Source: a virus (Duplodnaviria > Caudoviricetes). Taken from it: a stretch of 42,789 nt of DNA. The stretch's first letter is position 1. Every line of letters begins with the position of its first letter. The stretch spans positions 1-42,789 of the IMG/VR virus record IMGVR_UViG_3300046048_000265; one strand, 5' to 3'. The position numbers and the translations under genes are program-made. A model generated the notes under the pieces. That model searched no databases, was not told where the DNA came from, and saw nothing but the letters and a program-made list of their open reading frames with translations. Shown here piece after piece: positions 35,924 to 42,789 of the stretch.

Positions 35924-37825
35924 ATGCCTGCTGTTTCTAAGTTAGATGAAGTTCTGCGAATTCTTCTGAATAGCAAAAAGCCGCCAAAGATCGATGATCT
36001 TGAAGGGTATTTGCTCAGTAGAGGCGTGAAGCCAGACGAGATTAAACACTCTGGCTTCTCTAGCATTATTGAAGCATTGCAATTTTCTGGAGTAACTGGT
36101 CCAGTTTCAAATAAGGATCTTGAGGACTTCATTAAATTAAGGACAGATCGTATTAAAGTAACACCTTCCGACAAATGGAAAATTGTTGCTCCAAATAAAG
36201 ATGAAGCTGGCAGAGCATTTTCAGAAGATGATTATTTTGGAAATGTATATAGGAGCGAAAAGGGTGATTTTGCCTTTAACAACTGGGAACTAGCAAGAGA
36301 ACCACATTCCTATAAATACAATGCGCCAGCATCTGTCCACTTTCCTGAGGAAGATTATATTGCTCATGCAAGAGGTTATGACACTCCTGAATCAAGGACG
36401 ATTTTCGAGCTTCAATCAGATGTTCATAATACTGGCAGCAGGGGTAGATATGGTGATCCATATTCTAATTTTGATTACAAGGATTTTGATACAGTTCATG
36501 AGTATAGAGAAAAACATGGCTCGTATCCAGATCGCGGAGAACTTTATGCAGCAGCAGCAGGACTAAACTCTGATCCTGAAATTGTTGCGCTAGCAAATAT
36601 ATTTGAAAGATATGGAAGAAGATATTCAGCAACGAATAATGGCGTCATGTCTGATCAAGATATAGTGAAGTTTTTTGATAGTGTTGCAGATGGAGATAAG
36701 CTATATACTGATCCTGTCAAGGGAGTTCCAGACGTTCCATTTAAGAAAGATAAGTGGGTTACAAGAACTCTTGAAAGAGAACTAGATACGGCAGTTAAGG
36801 CTGGTAAGCCATTAGAGGTATTGATGGATACTAGGGGCAAAACTCTCAGTAGTGCATCAAGAGGGCAATCATATCATGATAAGTATTATGCTCCTGGAAG
36901 AAAAATTGATCAATCTCTTAAAGCTCTGGCAGCTAAGCATGGCTTGAATATTGAAGATGTAAACACTGGAGGTATGGTTCCTGCTCCTAGAGATGAGGTT
37001 TTTGATAGATACATGGATTATACAAAGGATATGGAGGATCCTTTAGATAGACTGGCATTTCTGCAACATTTGACAACGTCTTTTGATTCACCGTTTAGCA
37101 ACGAATTGTATAATGCTAAAAATCATCCATATACTCTTGCATCTTATTACGCACAGAAGCATAGAGACAGAATCCCTGAGATTATTGAGAGGGGGGCGGC
37201 AATTGATGCAATGTATCCTGATAAGACTCCTGAAGAAATACTGGAGTTGATGGAGTCTGGTGCGGATAACCTTCCACCATATGCTTTTCACTATAAGACA
37301 TATTATGGATTAAATAACTTTGATAAATTTTTAGAAAAACATAAGAATAAACCAAAAGAGACATTTGATCCTGGTGCTAGGTATGTGAGGGTTACTGATC
37401 CAAAGAATAGGGCAGGAAAAGGACTGGATTATTACGAATATGGCAAATTGGATCCTGCTACAGCAGCAGCATTATCTGCCACCAGCGGAGCCTCTTATGG
37501 ACTCCAGCAGTTTTTGGCCAAGAAGCAACGTGAGCAAAAGACCGCTGAAGAATCTATGGGACTTGCTGCTGGTGATATGAGTAATTATGGAACTGCAAGT
37601 CAGGCTGGCAGCGGTCAGAATTTTGCAAATGCTGCTCAGAACATCGGTGTTGATTGGTTGGAGCAATATTATAAAGGAAAGAATAATATCGCTAGCATGT
37701 TTTATGCTGATGATCCAAATAAATATACATCAGAAATGGATTATGTCAAGCGATTAAGAGAAAAGTATGGTAATACTGAGGGCAATCCTGTTTACGATGT
37801 TGGCTCATTCCTTGTTGGACCTTGA
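35924..37825 (+). CDS. 633-aa protein between terL and portal, resembling polyvalent/ejection-protein domains
   Basis: GVKPDEIK.SG, HAR...FELQSD and VPDVPFK..W motifs; function uncertain. Confidence 0.5.
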   Translation: MPAVSKLDEVLRILLNSKKPPKIDDLEGYLLSRGVKPDEIKHSGFSSIIEALQFSGVTGPVSNKDLEDFIKLRTDRIKVTPSDKWKIVAPNKDEAGRAFSEDDYFGNVYRSEKGDFAFNNWELAREPHSYKYNAPASVHFPEEDYIAHARGYDTPESRTIFELQSDVHNTGSRGRYGDPYSNFDYKDFDTVHEYREKHGSYPDRGELYAAAAGLNSDPEIVALANIFERYGRRYSATNNGVMSDQDIVKFFDSVADGDKLYTDPVKGVPDVPFKKDKWVTRTLERELDTAVKAGKPLEVLMDTRGKTLSSASRGQSYHDKYYAPGRKIDQSLKALAAKHGLNIEDVNTGGMVPAPRDEVFDRYMDYTKDMEDPLDRLAFLQHLTTSFDSPFSNELYNAKNHPYTLASYYAQKHRDRIPEIIERGAAIDAMYPDKTPEEILELMESGADNLPPYAFHYKTYYGLNNFDKFLEKHKNKPKETFDPGARYVRVTDPKNRAGKGLDYYEYGKLDPATAAALSATSGASYGLQQFLAKKQREQKTAEESMGLAAGDMSNYGTASQAGSGQNFANAAQNIGVDWLEQYYKGKNNIASMFYADDPNKYTSEMDYVKRLREKYGNTEGNPVYDVGSFLVGP

Positions 37826-39930
37826 TTATGAAAGATGAAAGAGAAATTCTTGATATTATTGCCAATGAACTATCTCAATCAGATGGAGGTAGTGAAAACG
37901 GTTTTATATTGAGCAATATGAAGGACGCTCTTTCATATTATATGGGCGCACCTAATGGTCGTGAAGTGGAAGGTCGATCATCTGTAGTATCTACTGATGT
38001 TGCAGATGCTATAGAATGGATCATGCCACAAATCATGGATCAGTTCACAAAGAATAATGAGATCGTTACTTTTGATCCATTAGGTCCAGAAGATGAAAAT
38101 CAAGCTGCTCTTGAAACAAACATAACGTATGATATTTTGATGAAGGAGAATCCTGGCTTTATAATTCTTCATCATCTTGTAAAAGATGCACTTATGCAAA
38201 AGAATGGCTTGACTAAAACATATTATGAACAAATGGATCAAACAACGACTCAGCGATACACTGGCCTTACACAGTTTGGTTTGCAGGCCATTGCTTCAGA
38301 TGAAAAGAATGAGATTATAGAAAGAACTGAATATGTAGAGGGTGGAGTTCAGTTTTTTGATGTTAAGGTAAAAAGAACTGAAGTTGTTAAAAAGATTCGA
38401 GTGGAGTCTGTGCCTCCTGAAGAATTTAGAATCAATAAGCAACATAATTCAGTAGATCCTACAAAGGCTCGATTCTGTTCACATGTTGTCTTAAAAACTG
38501 CATCAGATCTTATCAAATCAGGAATACCTAAAGAAGTAGTTGATGATATTCCTAGAGGCGAAATGGATGAAAATAGAAGCTATCGTTTCAGTTCTCAAGG
38601 TGAAGATTATCTTCCTTATGGTGATGTATCAGTAGATCCTTCTCAGGATCAAATAGAAGTTGCAGAATGTTATCTTCATATTGATTTAGATGGGGATGGC
38701 GTATCTGAATTTATGAAAATTGAAGTGGCAGGTGGAGATAATCCAACTCATATACTTCGTATGGAAGAAATGGATGAAGAAGATCATCCTTTTGGAGCTG
38801 CTGCCGCCATACTTATGTCACATAAGTTTTATGGTATGTCAATATATGATAGGCTCAAGCAACTTCAAGATCAGAAAACGACTTTGCTAAGGAACATACT
38901 TGATAACCTTTACTTGCAGAACAATCAACGGACGGCTGTTGTAGAGGGTCAAGTCAATTTAGATGATCTTTTGATTTCCCGCCCTGGTGGCATTGTGCGG
39001 CAAAGACAGCCAGGAATGATTGAGCCAATGATTACTCCTGCTGTTGGGCAAGATGCCTATAATATGCTTGAGTATCTTGATCAGGTACGTGCTGGCAGAG
39101 CTGGTGTAACTCCAGAAGGGCCAATGCAAGTTGAAAATATAGGTGATCGAGTTGGCTCAGAGGGCATTGAAAAGTTGATGTCTGCAAAAGAGGCAATTGT
39201 TGGCCTTATTATACGTGTTATTGCAGAAACTGGCGTTAAGCCTCTGATGTGCAAAATAAGAAGGCTGGCAAGCAAGCATATTGATGCAGTACAGAACTAT
39301 AAGTTTAAAGGAGAATGGATTCAGTATAACCCACACGTATGGCCAATGCGCCCATCTACTACTGTTCGTGTTGGTACTGGATCAGGAAACAATAAAGAGC
39401 AGTTGATGGCATTGTCTCAGATTATTCAAGGGCAGATGATGCTGAAACAAGATCCTACTCAAACTCTTGTAGGAGACCAGCAAATATATAATTCTTGGAG
39501 AACATACTGCAATATATCTGGTCTACAGGGCGGCAATCATTACTTCCTTGATCCATCTTCTCCTCAAGGTCAGCAAGCAACTAGCCAGATATCCCAAATG
39601 CAACAAGAAATGAAACAGAAGCAAGATGAAATGGACGCTTCAATGATGAATATGCAGAATAAGCTTGCAGATGCTGAGGTTGGCAAGGCTCAGGCACAGA
39701 TGCAAAATGTCTCCCTTAAAGGAGAAATAGAGCAATTAAAGTTGCAAATCGAACAGTCTAAGGCTATAATCGAAGATACGCAGCAAAGTAAGGATCTTCA
39801 GTTCAAATATGAAGAGCTCATAAGAACATTGGAGTTCAAATACAGAGAATTGGCTGCTAAGATGAATATTGAGCATGAGAAGGTAGAGAGTGCGGAGACT
39901 AAGAGAACTGGATCTTCAGGAGGAGATTAA
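37822..39930 (+). CDS. Portal protein
   Basis: GRSSVVSTDVADAIEWIMP, KDALMQKNG, VPPEEF, LRN.LDNLYL.N, NLDDLL..RPGGIVR. Confidence 0.9.
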   Translation: MIMKDEREILDIIANELSQSDGGSENGFILSNMKDALSYYMGAPNGREVEGRSSVVSTDVADAIEWIMPQIMDQFTKNNEIVTFDPLGPEDENQAALETNITYDILMKENPGFIILHHLVKDALMQKNGLTKTYYEQMDQTTTQRYTGLTQFGLQAIASDEKNEIIERTEYVEGGVQFFDVKVKRTEVVKKIRVESVPPEEFRINKQHNSVDPTKARFCSHVVLKTASDLIKSGIPKEVVDDIPRGEMDENRSYRFSSQGEDYLPYGDVSVDPSQDQIEVAECYLHIDLDGDGVSEFMKIEVAGGDNPTHILRMEEMDEEDHPFGAAAAILMSHKFYGMSIYDRLKQLQDQKTTLLRNILDNLYLQNNQRTAVVEGQVNLDDLLISRPGGIVRQRQPGMIEPMITPAVGQDAYNMLEYLDQVRAGRAGVTPEGPMQVENIGDRVGSEGIEKLMSAKEAIVGLIIRVIAETGVKPLMCKIRRLASKHIDAVQNYKFKGEWIQYNPHVWPMRPSTTVRVGTGSGNNKEQLMALSQIIQGQMMLKQDPTQTLVGDQQIYNSWRTYCNISGLQGGNHYFLDPSSPQGQQATSQISQMQQEMKQKQDEMDASMMNMQNKLADAEVGKAQAQMQNVSLKGEIEQLKLQIEQSKAIIEDTQQSKDLQFKYEELIRTLEFKYRELAAKMNIEHEKVESAETKRTGSSGGD

Positions 39931-40144
39931 CACTGGCCTTGAAGCTAGCCTGTTAATGTCCAAACTGACATACTATTTTGATCAAGTTCGTGATGATCTT
40001 ATATCATCTTTCTTGGGAGCTACGCCAGATCCTGAAGCATTGCTCCATATCAAGATGAAGATTGATGCTTTGGATTCTGTGCGAGAGAATATCGAACGAG
40101 TTATTTTTGCTGGCAATCTTGCCAAATTTGAACTGGAGGAATAA
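39890..40144 (+). CDS. Small head-associated hypothetical protein
   Basis: Helical ORF between portal and scaffold ending GNLA; start uncertain. Confidence 0.55.
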   Translation: MRRLRELDLQEEINTGLEASLLMSKLTYYFDQVRDDLISSFLGATPDPEALLHIKMKIDALDSVRENIERVIFAGNLAKFELEE

Positions 40145-40146
40145 GA

Positions 40147-41160
40147 ATGGCTGATAGTGTGGCTACCAATAACGGCACCATAGAAGATGCCATAGAGGCT
40201 CGCCTATATGGTGAGCAAGAAGCTGAAGAACCAACTGAAGCCATCGAGGATTCTGAAGATACCCAAGATGCTGATCAAGAGGTTGAAGCTGATGAAGCAT
40301 TAGATGATTCCGAAGATGATGCAGATGATGCAGACATTGCTGATATCTTAGGGGTGCCATCAGATCAGGTCTATATGAATGATGATGGTGAAATCATTTT
40401 CAATGCAAAAGTTGACGGGCAAATTATTCCAGTATCAATCAAGGAGATGGTCAAAAGCTATCAACTTGATAAGCACGTCAACAATAAGTCAATGGAGCTT
40501 TCAGCTAAACAGAAAGAGTTTGAGGAGATGTCCAATAAGACGCTCCAAGAATATCAATCTAAGCTGGAAACTGCTTCGACAGTCGTTGAACTTCTCGAAA
40601 GGGAGCTTTACCAAGATATACAATCAGCAGATTTAGATCAGCTGAAAATGACTGACCCTCAACGCTATCTCATACTTAGGGATGATTTGGCATCAAGAGT
40701 TTCCAAGCTGAAAAGCGTTAGAGAAAAACTTGATGAATCCTCTCAATATGAAAAGCAAATGCTGCAAAATCAGCAGGCAGAGAATTTTCACAAGATTGTT
40801 AAATCTGAATATGAGAAGATGATTGCCAAGCATCCTTCTTGGGCAAATCCAGAAGTATTTGATAAAGAGCGACAGTCACTGTCTACTTTTTTGAAAGATT
40901 CTTATGGGTACAATGACCAAGAGATAAATGGGATTGTTGATCATAGGCTGATTGATATTATTGTGGATGCGAGAGCATATAGAGCTGGTCAGAAGGAAGT
41001 TTCTACTAAACTGGTGAAGCCTGTTCCTAAGTTTCAAAAGCCTGGTTCTGGTAAGAATCATCAACTTCAGAAAGCCCGAGCAATTAAGGCCAAACGTGAG
41101 GCTTTGCGCAAAAGCGGCTCTCAAGCTGATCTTACCAGTCTACTTCTTGATCGTATTTAG
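40147..41160 (+). CDS. Scaffolding protein
   Basis: Acidic N-terminus, KVDG...V...E..K.YQ, coiled coil, basic C-terminus; precedes the capsid gene. Confidence 0.8.
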   Translation: MADSVATNNGTIEDAIEARLYGEQEAEEPTEAIEDSEDTQDADQEVEADEALDDSEDDADDADIADILGVPSDQVYMNDDGEIIFNAKVDGQIIPVSIKEMVKSYQLDKHVNNKSMELSAKQKEFEEMSNKTLQEYQSKLETASTVVELLERELYQDIQSADLDQLKMTDPQRYLILRDDLASRVSKLKSVREKLDESSQYEKQMLQNQQAENFHKIVKSEYEKMIAKHPSWANPEVFDKERQSLSTFLKDSYGYNDQEINGIVDHRLIDIIVDARAYRAGQKEVSTKLVKPVPKFQKPGSGKNHQLQKARAIKAKREALRKSGSQADLTSLLLDRI

Positions 41161-41171
41161 AGGATTTTATA

Positions 41172-42170
41172 ATGGCACAAGCAGCTGGAGCTCATAGCTC
41201 ATATAGCGAACCGATTGGAACTGGTGGTAACAGGGAGGACTTGTCTGATCTGTTGTGGGACATCAGCCCTACTGAAACTCCTGGTTTGACTGCATGTGGT
41301 CGTACCAAATCAACTGCAACAGCTCATGACTATCTGACTGATCGTCTTGAGGAAGCAGGTGACAATGCTCATGTTGAAGGCGATGACGCTTCTCCTGTTT
41401 CTGCTGCGCCTCGTATCCGCTTGAGCAATTATACTCAGATTTTCAAGAAACATGCTGTTGTCACTGGCACTCAAGAGCGAGTGCTGAAGGGCGGTGGCAT
41501 CAAATCTGAGATGGCGTACCAGCTTGGCCGTCGAATGAAGGCAATGAAGCGCGATGCTGAGTTTGCGGTATTTGGCGCCAATACTGCTAAAGTTGCTGGC
41601 ACTAATTCTACAGCTCGTAAAATGGGCTCTTTTAGTGCTTATCTTGGCGATGAAGATGGCGACATTGAATTGCCTGGCAACAGCTTTATTAGTGCAACTG
41701 ACGGTACGCCACCTGGTGGTGATGGTGCTGATGCTCCTGGTGCTGGAGCTACCAAGGCGGAACTTACTGAAGACATGCTGAAAGCAGCACTCTCGCAATT
41801 GTGGAATCAAAGCGGTGGCAATGATAATATCATTGCTCTGTGTGGTTCTTATAATCGTGGGGTGATGTCTGAGTTCACTAGCGCCGCAACGCGGAACGTA
41901 TCTACTGATGACCGTCGGTTGGTTGCGTCGATTGACGTATATGATGGTGATTTTCATACTGTCACGATTACGCCTGATCGCTTTTCGCTTCCTGGCAATG
42001 TATTTCTGATCGACCCTGAGTATCTCAAGGTAGCAGATTTGCGTGCTATTAACTCTTATGATCTGGCAAAAACGGGTGATAGTTACAGAAAAGAGGTTAT
42101 TTGGGAATGGACTCTTGAGGTATGTAATCCTCGTGCCCACATCAACATCGCTGATCTGACGACTGGCTAA
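41172..42170 (+). CDS. Major capsid protein (SU10/DUF5309-like)
   Basis: GNREDLSD...ISPTETP, NYTQIF, K..KRD.E, LAKTGD, E.TLEV.N motifs. Confidence 0.9.
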   Translation: MAQAAGAHSSYSEPIGTGGNREDLSDLLWDISPTETPGLTACGRTKSTATAHDYLTDRLEEAGDNAHVEGDDASPVSAAPRIRLSNYTQIFKKHAVVTGTQERVLKGGGIKSEMAYQLGRRMKAMKRDAEFAVFGANTAKVAGTNSTARKMGSFSAYLGDEDGDIELPGNSFISATDGTPPGGDGADAPGAGATKAELTEDMLKAALSQLWNQSGGNDNIIALCGSYNRGVMSEFTSAATRNVSTDDRRLVASIDVYDGDFHTVTITPDRFSLPGNVFLIDPEYLKVADLRAINSYDLAKTGDSYRKEVIWEWTLEVCNPRAHINIADLTTG

Positions 42171-42185
42171 TTCGTGTGCCCGCTT

Positions 42186-42216
42186 GGGAGGTAGTTGCTA
42201 CCTGCCTCCCTTTTTT
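42186..42216 (+). terminator. Intrinsic terminator after capsid
   Basis: GGGAGGTAG-loop-CTGCCTCCC followed by T6. Confidence 0.8.
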
Positions 42217-42231
42217 ATCAAGAGACTACAG

Positions 42232-42558
42232 ATGGCAGAGCATCATATCAAAAAGACCTATGATCCCATCACTGGCTTCACAGATGAGATGTGGTATGAT
42301 GATATAGACAAAAAGATACATGTTAGAAGGACGCAGAAAGTTTCTGATGTGTATAAAGAAAATGAAAAGATAGCATTCAATAATGGGAAAGGCTTTAGTA
42401 ATGTTGATGGTCTTTATCACAAAGCTAGAATACCTAACGCCATTATTGAAAAATGGTTAATTGAAGATGGTTTCAATTGGTTCCGCTCTACTGATGCTGA
42501 GCGCAGAAAGAAGTTAAATGAAAACCCTCACTTCCATGTTAGGAAAGGACGTTTATAA
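42232..42558 (+). CDS. Conserved post-capsid hypothetical protein
   Basis: ARIP..IIEKW...G.N......KKLN motif; ATG lies after the terminator. Confidence 0.7.
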   Translation: MAEHHIKKTYDPITGFTDEMWYDDIDKKIHVRRTQKVSDVYKENEKIAFNNGKGFSNVDGLYHKARIPNAIIEKWLIEDGFNWFRSTDAERRKKLNENPHFHVRKGRL

Positions 42559-42789
42559 TGCGTAAGACGCTACTCGCACTATCCCTCCTGGCCGCCGCAC
42601 AGGCGCAGGCGACTATCCTCACCGACGGCAGTACCGATGTGCTGGCGGGCGTTGCTGGCGACGACTATGGCTACACCGGCTCCGTTCTGCTGGGCCGCGA
42701 GGTCGGCGTGACCGGCGTTTATGACATCACGTTCACAGCGATTTTTCAGGAGTCGGACTACCGCAACTACTTCGTCACCGTTGGCGGGG
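42558..42789 (+). CDS. PEP-CTERM protein, 5' part with Sec signal peptide (continues at base 1)
   Basis: TAATG overlap; MRKTLLALSLLAAAQAQA with A-x-A cleavage site; AAGGA RBS. Confidence 0.88.
   Translation, partial: MRKTLLALSLLAAAQAQATILTDGSTDVLAGVAGDDYGYTGSVLLGREVGVTGVYDITFTAIFQESDYRNYFVTVGG
42663..42789. repeat. Terminal direct overlap, copy 2
   Basis: Identical to 1-127. Confidence 0.95.

Noticed and set aside
41310-42140. 276-aa antisense ORF (and similar ones such as 5327..6088 and 35569..36174)
   Set aside because: These are shadows of well-supported genes on the opposite strand, with no motifs of their own
42663-42789. 127-bp end repeat as a biological terminal repeat
   Set aside because: It falls in the middle of a gene and its length matches a common assembler k-mer; it indicates circularity only

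Overview
The window is an apparently complete circular dsDNA phage genome of about 42,662 bp; bases 1-127 recur at 42663-42789, as expected from an assembly overlap. The plus strand carries a podovirus-like virion module (terS, terL, portal, scaffold, SU10/DUF5309-type capsid, adaptor, nozzle, tail fibre, ejection proteins). The minus strand carries a replication and nucleotide module (Sak4-like AAA, DUF669 SSB, Cas4-like nuclease, SF2 helicase, ThyX, HAD phosphatase, DUF3310, methyltransferase, DEDD exonuclease, DnaE, MazG-like protein, ATP ligase). A divergent primase-helicase plus RusA pair and two blocks of small early genes complete the layout. A GC-richer accessory block (42558 across the junction to about 6835) encodes a signal-peptide/PEP-CTERM protein, an Acb2 anti-CBASS homologue and LamG/FN3/Ig/lyase-like proteins. 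The main non-gene signals are: a ~795 bp early cassette in which CA/TG occurs only as GCA/TGC, next to a CCACAGTG array; five CsrA/RsmA-consensus (CANGGANG) hairpins between early genes; and a dispersed, over-represented 9-mer, CAGCGGAAC. No integrase, repressor, tRNA or recognisable endolysin was seen. All family calls are from motif recognition by eye, not from database searches.
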